Shown: piece after piece, positions 1 to 10,968 of the stretch
How the letters are laid out: each line of letters starts with the position of its first letter
Numbering within the stretch: position 1 is the stretch's first letter
Source of the DNA: Selaginella moellendorffii
Lineage: Eukaryota > Plantae > Lycopodiophyta
Assembly: GCF_000143415.4 (NCBI RefSeq)
Contig: NW_003314289.1
Span: 1,110,787-1,174,786, forward strand
Reading direction: 5' to 3'
Length of the DNA stretch: 64,000 nucleotides
Translations under genes and position numbers: made by a program
Notes under the pieces: generated by a model
Told to the model about the DNA's origin: nothing
Seen by the model: only the letters and a program-made list of their open reading frames with translations
The model's database searches: none

Positions 1-1
1 T

Positions 2-1387
2 TCCATACCCGAGAAGAATCTTACAAGCTGGAACACTATGGTGGCAGCATATGCCAAGAATGGGTATCTGGACGAGGCAGAAGTTTTGTTTCAAGAGATG
101 CCATTTCATGATGCCGTGTCATGCAACACGCTCATAGCTGCACACTCGCAAAGAGGGCATTTGGATACTGCAAAGGGGATCTTTGATGACATGCTTTTTA
201 AAACTCTACCATGCTGGAATGCCATGCTGTTTGCATATGCCACAGGTCGGGATCTTGTACAAGCAAGACAGACATTTCACTCAATGCCTGCTCGAAATCT
301 GATCTCTTGGACATCATTCTTAAACGCACTAATCATGGAGGAAGATCTTCAAATGACTAGAAAGTGTTTTAACGAAATGCCCTGCTGGAATCTGTTTGCC
401 TGTAACTCAGTACTTTCCGCATATGCCCGAAAGGGAAATCTTCTCGAAGCCACGCTAACCTTTGACACAATGCTCGAGAGGGATATAATCACTTACACAA
501 ACATGCTGGAAGCTTTCATCCACAACGGTTGCCTCTTTGAAGCCACCAATTTGTTCTCGCGGATGCCACAGCGGGATCTCGTGGCCTACACCGTAATGCA
601 ATCGGCCTACGCTCAAAACGGCGAGCTCGAGAGAGCCGAGGCCATCTTCAACTCCATGCCGCAGCGTGATCTCGTCTCTTGGAACGCCATGATCGGGGCT
701 TACTCCCAACACGGCCGAGTCGAGCAAGCAAAGTTTCTCTTTGATTCCATGGCCGAGAGAAACTTGGTCTCCTGGACCTCAATGCTCACGGCTTACACAA
801 TAAGTGGCTACTTCTCGCAAGCAAAGCTCGTCTTTCTCGACATGTCCGAGCAAAACTCCGTCTCGTGGAATGCAATCCTTTGCATGTATGCTCAGCACGG
901 CCATTTGAGCTCCGCAAGGAAGATTTTCAATGCCATGCCCGAGCAAGGAGTGGTATCATGGAGCGCCATGCTCGCTGCCCACGTAAGAAACTTGTCCTCT
1001 TCCCGTGCTCTCGAGCTCTTTGACGAGATGAAAGCTTTGCATTGTCCCGATGAAGCTTGCTTCTTCTCGGCTATGGTTTCGTTTGGGCAGCAAGGCTGCA
1101 TCTCCAGAGCCAAGTCTTGCTTTGGTTCCATGGTGGCCGACTATGAAGTGGCGCCATCAAAGCAGCACTACTGTTGCATGGTGGATTTGCTCGTTCGATC
1201 TGGGAGAAGTTTGGAGGCCGAGGAACTTGTGTTGGCCATGCCTTTTGAGCCCAGTAACTTGGAATGGTCGTGCTTGCTGCGTGAAAGAAACTCCAGCTCG
1301 ATGTTAATCACCAGAGGCAAGCATGCTTTAAGATCAAGTTCCTCGGATGGAGCGGTATACGTGCTGCTTGCCAATGCATTAACTTGA
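2..1387 (+). CDS. PLS-class pentatricopeptide repeat protein with short E-like tail, no DYW; probably 5'-partial
   Basis: Tandem ~31-aa repeats (e.g. FNSMPQRDLVSWNAMIGAYSQHGRVEQAK) and C-terminal HYCCMVDLLVRSG...MPFEP. The frame is open from position 2 (SIPEKNLTSWNT-M), so the gene likely starts before the window. Confidence 0.92.
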   Translation, partial: SIPEKNLTSWNTMVAAYAKNGYLDEAEVLFQEMPFHDAVSCNTLIAAHSQRGHLDTAKGIFDDMLFKTLPCWNAMLFAYATGRDLVQARQTFHSMPARNLISWTSFLNALIMEEDLQMTRKCFNEMPCWNLFACNSVLSAYARKGNLLEATLTFDTMLERDIITYTNMLEAFIHNGCLFEATNLFSRMPQRDLVAYTVMQSAYAQNGELERAEAIFNSMPQRDLVSWNAMIGAYSQHGRVEQAKFLFDSMAERNLVSWTSMLTAYTISGYFSQAKLVFLDMSEQNSVSWNAILCMYAQHGHLSSARKIFNAMPEQGVVSWSAMLAAHVRNLSSSRALELFDEMKALHCPDEACFFSAMVSFGQQGCISRAKSCFGSMVADYEVAPSKQHYCCMVDLLVRSGRSLEAEELVLAMPFEPSNLEWSCLLRERNSSSMLITRGKHALRSSSSDGAVYVLLANALT

Positions 1388-1447
1388 AAGCTAAATATGA
1401 AACCTGTAGATTAAAAAGATGGCTCATTTCAAGGGCTTTATTTCACA

Positions 1448-2812
1448 ATGGCACTTGAGTAAGTTCTGGTTTTGCTGCCTCTATGTCTCCTTCAGTTTGG
1501 GTTGCCACACAGATAGTCGATTGGCTTCCTGGTCAGCCCATGGTCAACCTTAATCAGTATGCTGGAAGAGGGCTGTGGTCTCTTCTACTGGTTCTATGAG
1601 GCCGAATGTTCTCCGCTTGCTCTTGCTCAATGGAGGAAGATAAACACATCTAATAGCACCTTTATACAAAAAGGTGCAACGATAGTTAAAGAAGCTAGTT
1701 ATTAATATTAGTGCTTCCAATAGAGACAACGATTTTTACATGGGAAAGCTATGCAGGTTTCTTTCCTTATGAAGTTGTCAAATTTGGTTGATTATTCATT
1801 CTGTAGGTCTTTATATTCCAACTTTTGGCACTGGAGATTTTGGCTAAAACCAAGCACCTATATCAACCTTAAGGGAATTGCTGTAAGTGCCAAATGATAG
1901 TTATCAACTTCTTTTATAATTGTTTTTGGGCTGTATAGATTGGAAATGTGTGGACTCATTCAACAAATTGATGGTCCTAGCATGTATGAGTTTTAATATA
2001 CCCATTCAGTGATCTCGGAGGAAACATAGAAGGCCATGGATTGTCACGACACGAAATCTTATGATAATGTAGAACAAAGTGTTGATTCGAGCAAGGAAAT
2101 ATAAATCTATACAACATTTTGGAGGACAATCTCCAGGACTGTGTCAAAAGCTCACATCAGTTCACTCTGAACAAGGTATGCAAAACCAGACTGAAAATTT
2201 TCCTACATTTTTACATTTAAGGTCACAACAGTTGCATCAAAATAAGATTGGTTTTGGGGAGAACTTTCAGTGCACAGACCCCATTGATTTCTACCTTAAC
2301 AGGGAGGCTGTAAAAATTGCCCTTCACACCTGCCACCCAAAATGGTGGTTGAGCTGCGCCAAGTAAGTCTTTATGTCAATCTTGCCTTTTGCTTTGGTAC
2401 TAAAGTTTAGATTTGTTTATATAGTATTCCATATAGTCAAAAGGACGTTGCAGCATAGATGCTGCCGCTATAAGAAGCTGCTCATGAGCCACCTGAAAAT
2501 CTAGAACTTTAGGCAAGAGAGTCATTTCATCTCTTTCAAACTTTCTATAATTAATTGAACTTTTGTTGTTGAGCAGTGGAGATATGGATAGTGTTGTCCC
2601 AACTTCCAGGACCAAAGCATAGCTGAAAGCTCTCAATCTCTCAGTGACAGTTTCATGGAGTGTTTCTATACGATAATTTTTTAAAAGGCCTTTTTTTGTA
2701 AATATTTCTAGGTGGGAGGATCGCTATCGTACGTGGGGCTGGGCATATGATACCTGTAAGTCAACCCTAATGAGGACTTGACTTATTCAAGGCCTTCATT
2801 GCTGGAAGTTTA
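1448..2812 (+). pseudogene. Serine carboxypeptidase-like (S10) pseudogene
   Basis: Fragments WLPGQPMVNLNQYAG (~1520-1565), LFYWFYEA, LNGG, ESYAG (~1745), INLKGIA|IGN and IVRGAGHMIPVSQP*xGLDLFKAFIAG (~2725-2810), broken by stops and frameshifts. Confidence 0.85.
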
Positions 2813-3266
2813 CTCATATTCTATCTAAAATATAAATGAAAGATTTATTATTTAAATTGAATATAATTTTTTCAATATTTTATTGACATTGTGTTCAAAG
2901 TGTTTGGGAGGCTTAAGGTCTAGATTATCTTTGTATAGTCCGTCAAAACATCTTTTGTATAAGCTCATATTAAACATGTATACATGTACACAAACTTATC
3001 CTTTGAAATGTATACATTCTATAAGCATAAGGCCTATTAAATCATATATATAATAAATAGCTTCTGGAAATAGGTAGGACAACATGCTTGTTTATTTTAA
3101 ATTGCTCAGTTGGGTGCCAAATGATTTAAAACATGTACAAATAATAATAAAACATTTAGAAAATTATACTACAATTTAAAATTGTCTTTTAAAGCCTTTA
3201 ATTGTATCATTAAAAATTTCCATCTGATTATTTATTTTAGTATTTTATTTTATTAATATATTCAAG

Positions 3267-3843
3267 TCATACCAAATCAGTTCTTGAAGAAGGTGGAGGG
3301 CAAAAGAATAAAGACCCAAAATGATTTTTTACCAGAAAGTTCAAATTTATAAATGATGTCTTAGGATAGTGTTTTGGAGTTGGACAGCTTGCATATAAAA
3401 TAGAACCAATTAATGTAATGGAGTTTATTTCACATGATATGGTGAAATCAGCTCCTCTATTTAACCTTCCATCAATATTTGATATACCATTTGAAAGATC
3501 AAGCATAACAATGCCAAATCCTCCATCCCCAGTTTTTGTAGTAGCAACGAGCATAACAATTTTAACATTTTTATATACCCTTAAAAATATATTTGAGGAA
3601 CTTGCTTCAAATCTACCACAAACATCCTGTAAAACAAAAAAAACATTATGACAACAATAAAAATAAAAGTCCTACATGTGGAATTTGTTCTACAGAAATA
3701 GTATCTGTAATATTCATCCATAATTTAGTCCTATTAGTACCAACAATCTTATCCATAGATTCACTTGAATTAAATCCATAAGTACTAAAACAAGCTATAA
3801 GTATTATTAGCAGTAGCAAACATATATTTGTGATATGTGCCAT
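3267..3843 (-). CDS. Secreted cyanovirin-N homologue (CVNH) lectin-like protein, 175 aa, 2 exons (3843-3676, 3626-3267)
   Basis: Signal peptide MAHITNICLLLLIILIACFSTYG. A 49-nt GT-AG intron (3675-3627) joins the exons in frame. Two CVNH-type half-repeats: GRFEASSSNIFL...LDLSNGISNIDGRL and ADFTISCE..ITLIGSILYASC...FINLNFLVKNHFGSL. Confidence 0.8.
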
Positions 3844-5465
3844 ACCTTTCCCATTAATACTTCTCGCTATATATAAATCAAAAGTTGGTGTTACTTTCTA
3901 TGTAATGTCATAGTTATTAATGAATGAAAACTAAATGAACCATAATATTCTTAGGGACCACAAAAAAAATATTCTTATTACCCAATAAAAGAAATTATTC
4001 TTCTTAAAGTGAAGCTTTTAATTTTTTGTGATCTCATTAATTCAAGAATTTTGGGAATCTACCTGTAGATTCTTATATCCAACTCGTAAGCATAAGCATA
4101 TTCTGTAAAAGATGCCATATTTCACATTTCCTTGCAAATTCAAGAATACATAGATCTATTGGCCTCATTAACCCAAGAGCTTAACTGTTCAAGTAGTGAT
4201 TATCCCAAACTCACTTAAGAACCAAAAAGGATTTGTCTACTATATGAATGTGCATGGTCACTGTTGACATCTAAGACATGACATTCTCCCCACATAAGCC
4301 TTGACTAGATGCCCTCACTTGATAATGAGGATTACATCATTAGCCCTTATGCATAATAAAAACTTCATTCTTGTTCACAAAGATAACATGGTAGTGATTA
4401 ACACTCCTTCTTGGGCTGGCTTGATGGCTTATCCTCTTCAGCCTCTGGAAACATCTAAAAAAAATCTATTTGCGGTTCATTCCTTGTAAACACACTTTCA
4501 ACTGATAAACATAATAGATTCTCACCTTTAATAGCTACTTTATTTAATATGCTATTGTACTATCTCATTCCAGAAATCGATAAAAACTAGAATAACATAG
4601 AAAGAACTTATCATTTCTCCTGTTTTGTACCTCGAGCTTATTGTACTTACAAATTCCTCTTGGAAATCTATAGATTAAATTTTTAATTTTTCTATATTGA
4701 TTCAAAACCAAATCCAAGTTAAAACTTGTTCTGTGATGCCTTCTATGTATAGTAAATTATAGGGTCATTCTAGTCCTACTATATTGGCTTTTATTGTAGG
4801 CAAACTTTACAAGTATTTTTCCAATTGCCCCTATTACTTAGAAATGCTATAATACAATATCTCCTCAACCACTTAGATAAGTTGTCTAGTCTAGCCATCT
4901 GCTTGAGGATGGTCATCACTAATCAGTGTAAGAAGAATTTTTGTGAGCTCAAAGAAACTCCTCTAAAATCTGCTTGTATAATTAAAATCTCTATCACTTA
5001 ATTATATTTGACATAATATAACTAGATTCTTATGCAAGGGAGGGATTGCCATGTATATTACTACTCATAGCCTCTAATTGATATTTTTATAATACTCCCC
5101 ATAATACTAATGTGTCTCCATTTCTGTCTTTACTATTTCAAAAAATATATCATGATTGTTATAAATGTGACTTTGGGTATCAAAAATTATCTATTGACTA
5201 GTCCTTTTAAATATTTTTTCGTTACTGCTACGACAGTAGGAGGTTAGTATTCTTGGACCCTTTATCAGTCCCTCTTATGCTAATAGAGCTAACTGGGCAT
5301 TTTGAGTATACTTAAATCAAACAAGTATAAGTATGGAATTCCTATGTGTTATTAACTAAGCATACTTAGCCTGGTAAAAAGTTTCTGTCTTATTATGTTT
5401 TGCACTGGCTAGTGACAATAACCCTTGTGTATTGAGACTAATCCCTCAATATTGCTAGATGATAG

Positions 5466-6613
5466 TGTAAGCCACAAATTTTTCCTTTTCAATTTGCCAG
5501 CTTACCTCGTCTATCCGTCCAACACTGCCTTGGCTTTTGTTAAGTTCCCTTGCCAAGGTTCTCGCTTATGGTACCAGCTCCTACTTGGTCTCAGCTACTC
5601 ACTGCACGAGCAACGGAGTGTTAGCCATCCATCCACGGATTCCCAAATCACTCCCAATCCCCCTCCCTAGGTTAGACTAGATTTAAGGTTCGGCTACACT
5701 CCCCGCAAGCACAACCAGCCAAGCACACCAAGCTTCCAGGTTCCTAACATCCTTTGGTACCACAAGACTTGATCATGGGACCCTCTAAATCCCAAGTCTT
5801 GAGTGCAACACTTGCTTCGGGACGCCGGGGCGAAACACCGTGGCCTAGCGGCCCAGTATGGGTACCTCTCGCCCCCCACTTCCATCCCGAAGGAAGGCCC
5901 AAGCCCCTAGGAAGGGCGAGGACCAATGAGCCGCATGGTACTCAGGTGGGGCACCACTCCACATGAGCCGGGAGCACCGCAATCGGTTTCCCTTTCGGGA
6001 GTGGGAGCTGCTCTTGAGCACTTCCTTGGATGGCCCCTTCGGCACCAACCAAGTCCATGCTCACTCCCACCCAAGGCCCCTCGGTCCCAGTCCCAACCTC
6101 AAGTCAGTTTGGGAGCCCCACTGGAGAGTCCCTTCTAAACTAGTTCCTGGACCTCACTATCCCTACTATACTTTTGGAACCCCCTGCAGCCCCCCCCCCC
6201 TGGGAGACGCACGCTTTGGGCTTTCACCCCTTGACCCGTATTAGTATTTGGACTTAGTCTCTGGCTCGATCTCGAACCCGATTTCGGATCTGACTTCGGA
6301 TTTGGTCTCGGACTCGATCTCGGACTCGATCTCAGACCCGATCTCGGACCCAACCTCGGACTCGACCTCGGACTCGGTCTCGGACCTGATTTCGGATCTC
6401 AGACTCCGTCTCGAACTCGGTCTCGAACTCGGACTCGAACTCGGTCCCCGAGTCGGTCTCGGACTCGATTCCGGACTCTATCTCGAACTCGGTCCTAGAG
6501 TCGGTCTTGGACTCGATCTTCGACTTGGTCCCATCCGATGAACTCTTTGTCATTTTGGTCATGCTTTCGGGGTTCCTTTAGCCTACGACACCTCGGCGAG
6601 TTGGTTCCTTACA
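5466..6613 (-). repeat. 3' LTR of element A
   Basis: Direct repeat of 16566-17715, roughly 97-98% identical by eye. Contains a degenerate TCGGAC hexamer array (~6250-6530). Confidence 0.97.
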
Positions 6614-7018
6614 ACTCCACTGTCAAGACCCCCAACAAGATCAAGACTGGAAAATGCTAAAGACAAAGAGAAAAAGCTAGTGAAAACAAAGAAGAGGCCT
6701 TAGACTGGTGTTGATTCAGATTGTGGAGAAATGGAACAAGGCTAACCTATATATACTATAGGTTGATGAAGCTCCACCACTCTTGGATCGAGGACGGCCT
6801 AAATACAGCTGAGGTCGAGGAGGCGCCACATCATCATCAGGAATGTGGCTCGAGACTCAGGAATCGGGAAGTGTCTCGAGAGTCAGGAATAGGGAAGTGT
6901 CTCGAGAGTCAGGAATAGGGAAGTGTCTCGAGAGTCAGGAATGTGGTCTGCAGGTCAGGAATCCGGTGAGAGTCAGGAATGTGGCAAGAATTGGGGGATT
7001 CCTGACAGCACCCCCTCC

Positions 7019-9253
7019 TCAAGAACGAGTGGAACGAGGATGTGAACGAGAACGAAGAGGAGGATGAGATGAGCGGCGAGGGATGGGAGATGGAGAAAAA
7101 GAATGAGGATTGGGACGAGAAGGATAGCGGCGGTGGAAGTCCTGAACAAGGTCAGGAGAATGAATCAGGTTGTCCGCAGGTTCCCAAGTGTGTTCCTCAG
7201 GTCCATAACCCTTCCAGTCCACCAGATAGTAGAGTTTAGATCGTGAAATCTTGGAATCAAGGATGTCCTGAACCTCGTACTCAGACCCATCCTCGAGCTG
7301 CACTGGTGGAGGCGGAGGAATGACCCGATTTGGAATAGGACTGGGAATATAAGGCTCAAGGAGAGAGGAGTGAAAAACGGGGTGAATTTGATATGAGGAG
7401 GGAAGTGCAAGGCGATAAGTGACAGGATTAATGATGGCAGTGATAGGGAAAGGACCAAGGCGTTTGAAATCGAGTTTTGGACAGGGCCTGGTGGTGGAGA
7501 TATTTCGCCTGAGGAGCCAGACTTTATCCCCGATATTGTAAGGGGGACAATCCTGACGATTGGCAAATGTTTTATGAGATTCCTGAGCACGATGGAGGTG
7601 GAAGGAGATGGAGTTGTGGATTTCCTGAAGGTTGGAGATAAATGATTCAGAGCGGGGATTTGAACGAGAGGATTCAGATGGAGAAGGAAGTGAGAGATTG
7701 AATCGGGGATTTCGGCCAGAGTTCGCAAAGAAGGGGGAAACTCGAAGAGAGGAGTGAACAGAGTTGTTATAGGAGAACTCAGCAAGGGGAAGGATATCGA
7801 ACCAGTTATCCTGATGATAGTTGATGAAGCACCTCAAGAATTGTTCCAACGTCTGAATCGTTCGCTCGGACTGCCCATCAGTTTGAGGATGATATGCCGA
7901 AGAGAGGTTGGCCTTCACTCCAAGCAGCTGCAAAAACCGTTGCCAGAAATGAGAGATGAACTGAGGCCCCCGATCCGAAACCACATCTGTAGGAATCCCA
8001 TGAAGTCGGAAAATTTCCCTGAATACCAGTTTCGCCATGTTCTCGCCCGAAAACTCCTTGGTACATGGCAAGAAGTGCGCCATCTTTGTGAAGCGATCCA
8101 CCACGACTAAAATGCTGTTGAAGCCTCCAGAACTCGGAAGATCACTTAAGAAATCCATGGAGATGGATTCCCAAGGACCTGAAGGGACCGGAAGGGAACG
8201 AAGCAAACCTGAAGGAAGGTGGCGAGGTACCTTATTCCGGGCACATGTGTCACAGGAGGTAACAAAAGCTTTGATGTAGTCGTCCATGTGAGGCCACCAA
8301 AAGTCCCGTGCAACTAGCTCATAGGTTTTCGCAATGCCGAAGTGACCAGCAGTCGGGCTATCGTGGCACGCCATCAGGATCAACCTTCGAGCATCACCTT
8401 CAGGAACGTAAAGCTGCTCCCCACGGTACAATAAGCCATCTAAGAACTCGAACTCGTCAAATCGCCGGCAGTCGGGAGTCACTGGGTGTCCAGCCTGAAG
8501 ATGGGGAAAAATGTCGCTAGCAAGATCATCGGATTGAAGATCGTTTCTGATTGCATCCATCAAGGAGGAGTCCTGAGGGGCCAGGGAAATTGCCATAACT
8601 TGAAGCCGATCAGGACCGAGGATAACTTGATCCTGTTGATCGAAGGCAGGATTACCAGGCCTGAGACTGAGATAGGAGCGCCTTGAAAGAGCATCAGGAA
8701 GGCCTTGAAACTTTCCAGGTCTGTACTTGATAACAAAGTCAAACCGACTCAGGAATTGTGCCCACCTTGCTTGACGACGGCTTAAAACTCGGGAAGTGGC
8801 AAAGTACTCGAGATTTTTGTGATCCGTCCAGACTGTTGTTTGATGGCTCGCCCCCTCCAAGAAACGGCGCCACTCTCTAAAGGAATCCACGATGGCAAGA
8901 AGCTCCTTGTCGTGGATTTCATAATTGATCTCCGCAGGCTGGAATTTCCGAGAATGGAAAGCGACCGGATGAAGTTCGTGATCCGCTCCGAGTTGAGATA
9001 GCACAGCACCAATGGCAAAGTCGGAGGCGTCAGCCTCGATGAAGAAAGGTTGTGAGGAATCAGCATGGATCAAGACAGGAGCAGAACTGAAGGCCGCCTT
9101 GAGTGTGTCGAAGGCCTGCTGGGCAGCAGCAGACCAAGAGAAGGGAACATCCTTGCGAGTGAGATGTGTGAGAGGAAGGACAATGTCAGAGTAGTGATCA
9201 ATGAATTTGCGGTAGAAGTTGGCGAAGCCAAGGAAAACCTGAACGTCTGACAT
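7019..9253 (-). CDS. RT thumb remnant-RNase H-integrase-chromodomain of element B
   Basis: VQVFLGFANFYRKFI, DASDFAIGAVLSQ, HHCC, SMDF, SDRGPQF, HPQTDGQSER and EYEVQDILDSK..YLVDWKGYGPEEHTWEP. No YxDD is present anywhere in the element. Confidence 0.92.
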   Translation of the reverse strand: MSDVQVFLGFANFYRKFIDHYSDIVLPLTHLTRKDVPFSWSAAAQQAFDTLKAAFSSAPVLIHADSSQPFFIEADASDFAIGAVLSQLGADHELHPVAFHSRKFQPAEINYEIHDKELLAIVDSFREWRRFLEGASHQTTVWTDHKNLEYFATSRVLSRRQARWAQFLSRFDFVIKYRPGKFQGLPDALSRRSYLSLRPGNPAFDQQDQVILGPDRLQVMAISLAPQDSSLMDAIRNDLQSDDLASDIFPHLQAGHPVTPDCRRFDEFEFLDGLLYRGEQLYVPEGDARRLILMACHDSPTAGHFGIAKTYELVARDFWWPHMDDYIKAFVTSCDTCARNKVPRHLPSGLLRSLPVPSGPWESISMDFLSDLPSSGGFNSILVVVDRFTKMAHFLPCTKEFSGENMAKLVFREIFRLHGIPTDVVSDRGPQFISHFWQRFLQLLGVKANLSSAYHPQTDGQSERTIQTLEQFLRCFINYHQDNWFDILPLAEFSYNNSVHSSLRVSPFFANSGRNPRFNLSLPSPSESSRSNPRSESFISNLQEIHNSISFHLHRAQESHKTFANRQDCPPYNIGDKVWLLRRNISTTRPCPKLDFKRLGPFPITAIINPVTYRLALPSSYQIHPVFHSSLLEPYIPSPIPNRVIPPPPPVQLEDGSEYEVQDILDSKISRSKLYYLVDWKGYGPEEHTWEPADNLIHSPDLVQDFHRRYPSRPNPHSFSPSPIPRRSSHPPLRSRSHPRSTRS

Positions 9254-9929
9254 TGATTGTGGAGATAGGAGGAGGGGTACGACTAAATAGAATGATGAGA
9301 CGAGGATACTGTCCAGTGTAAGATGGAAGAGAGGAAAAAGAAGAGGATGAAAACTGCGTAGAGTCAGGAACAGAACCCCAACTTGAGTTTAGGGAACTTT
9401 TCCTGATTCGGACTCGATGAACACCAGGGGAAGCCGTGGGAGATGGTGATGTGGGAGAGATGAGCTGTAAGTCCTTCCAACAAATCTGAGGCTGATGTAG
9501 TTGGAACCAAGGAAGACCGAGCACCACAGAGGAAGACTTGCTGTTGATGATGTTGAAGGCGATATCGGTGACAGTGGACCCGATGTGTACTCGAACGGGC
9601 AACGTTTCCCTAAGTCCAGAAGATGGAGACACAAAATGCCCGCCGATGCCTTCAACCCTCAGATCCCGTATGGTAGGAGAAAGAGGAACGTGATGTCGGG
9701 CAGCAAAGTCCGTGTCCATGAAGCAGGAAGTTGCACCCGAGTCCAGTAGCGCCAAAGCTTTGAGTCCTGATTGTCCGGTGAAAGAAAGGAGACATGGGAC
9801 GCGGAAGTTGCGGGAATTGGTGGTGGCTTTGATGAAAGGTGGTGAGGAGCTTGATAAGGAAGAAAAGTGATTTTTATTTGGGGAGTCCAAACAGACAGCT
9901 CCTACTCTGTTTGGACAGGGTCGTTTCCC
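9198..9929 (-). CDS. Aspartic protease frame of element B (-1 relative to gag), ending shortly after the RT deletion junction
   Basis: ALLDSGATSCFMD and VVLGLPWFQLHQPQICW. The frame is entered at slippery site GGGAAAC. Confidence 0.85.
   Translation of the reverse strand, partial: GKRPCPNRVGAVCLDSPNKNHFSSLSSSSPPFIKATTNSRNFRVPCLLSFTGQSGLKALALLDSGATSCFMDTDFAARHHVPLSPTIRDLRVEGIGGHFVSPSSGLRETLPVRVHIGSTVTDIAFNIINSKSSSVVLGLPWFQLHQPQICWKDLQLISPTSPSPTASPGVHRVRIRKSSLNSSWGSVPDSTQFSSSSFSSLPSYTGQYPRLIILFSRTPPPISTINVRRSGFPWLRQLLPQIH
9885..9929 (-). promoter_or_regulatory. -1 programmed ribosomal frameshift signal
   Basis: G GGA AAC (9929-9923), a 6-nt spacer, then a perfect 11-bp stem GTCCAAACAGA/TCTGTTTGGAC (9916-9906, 9895-9885) with a 10-nt loop. 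Confidence 0.88.
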
Positions 9930-10879
9930 GACTGCAACAGTGGTGGACTTTGAGGCAGAGTGAACTCGAGCAATCGGGGAGGCTTCCTGGGACACACAGC
10001 TGCTTTGTGATTAGGATCAGCACAGTAGAGGCAAAGATTATGAGATATTCGACGTTGCCTCTCAGCAGGACTCAACTTCCCTCTAATGAGTCGGGGAGTA
10101 CCAGAAATATCCATCGGGACCGGAGCAGTAGGTTCAGGACTATGCCCCGAAGACTCAAGCTGGGATTCCTGAGTCTGGGACGGAAAAACAGCGGCGCGGC
10201 GACTTTCCTGACGACGTTCAAAGAGACGATTGTCACATCGAACAGCTTTGTTGATGGCGTCCGACAGGTCCTTGGGATCCTCCATGGTGAGCAACAAATC
10301 CTTGACACCGTTGTTGAGGCCGAAACGAAATTGGTCAATCAGGGCCCGCTCATCCCACTGAGTGTCCAAGGCAAGGAGTTGGAACTCTGCAGCGTAGATC
10401 GAGGCAGGACGAGACCCTTGAGAGAGACGTCTCATCTTTGTGGTAGCAGCCCGAACCCGATCCGTCTCGCCAAAACATGCTTCGAGCTTCTCTTTGAACA
10501 ATTGAAGATCCATCAGCTCCGGAACCACGACCCCTTTCATGCTCTTCTCCAGAAGAGGAGAAAACCATGACAAAGCTGCACCCTCGAGCAACGTCCCAAT
10601 CGCGCCGATTTGAGACTCGGGAGTGGGGTACCGCCGATGTTGAAGTGCAAAGATCAGCTCCATTTGATTCAAAAATCCACGAAGCTCCGAACGCTTGCCT
10701 GAAAATTTCGCCGGGAAACTCACCTTCGGTTCAGGAACTTTGTTGGATCCTTGAGCCGAAAGTGAAGCAAGCTCCTGCTGCATGCGAAGAAGGGTCGCCT
10801 TCAGCTCGGTATTCTCAGACTGGATTTTTGCAAGGACTTCGGCAAAGAAATCAGGATGGCTTGGAGACTCCATTGGCAA
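9902..10879 (-). CDS. gag: Gag of element B (PEG10/Ty3-like capsid with CCHC knuckle)
   Basis: PEPKVSFPAKFSGKRSELRGFLNQ, LSQGSRPASIYAAEFQ, FRFGLN and CLYCADPNHKAAVC. Confidence 0.93.
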   Translation of the reverse strand: MPMESPSHPDFFAEVLAKIQSENTELKATLLRMQQELASLSAQGSNKVPEPKVSFPAKFSGKRSELRGFLNQMELIFALQHRRYPTPESQIGAIGTLLEGAALSWFSPLLEKSMKGVVVPELMDLQLFKEKLEACFGETDRVRAATTKMRRLSQGSRPASIYAAEFQLLALDTQWDERALIDQFRFGLNNGVKDLLLTMEDPKDLSDAINKAVRCDNRLFERRQESRRAAVFPSQTQESQLESSGHSPEPTAPVPMDISGTPRLIRGKLSPAERQRRISHNLCLYCADPNHKAAVCPRKPPRLLEFTLPQSPPLLQSGNDPVQTE

Positions 10880-10953
10880 GAAGAAAGAAAAGAAAAGGGG
10901 GAAAAGACAAAGGCAATCAAATAATCAAAACAAGCTAAAAGAAAAGCAAAAAA

Positions 10954-10968
10954 CACAATCTGAATCAA
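10954..10968 (-). promoter_or_regulatory. Self-priming PBS of element B
   Basis: 15-nt perfect reverse complement of LTR positions 11061-11075, which lie ~30 nt downstream of TATATATA (11105-11098). Confidence 0.85.

Noticed and set aside
3900-5156. AT-rich segment possibly from a decayed LINE or other transposon (also 56590-57260)
   Set aside because: I could not recognise a protein motif or termini, so it is left unassigned.
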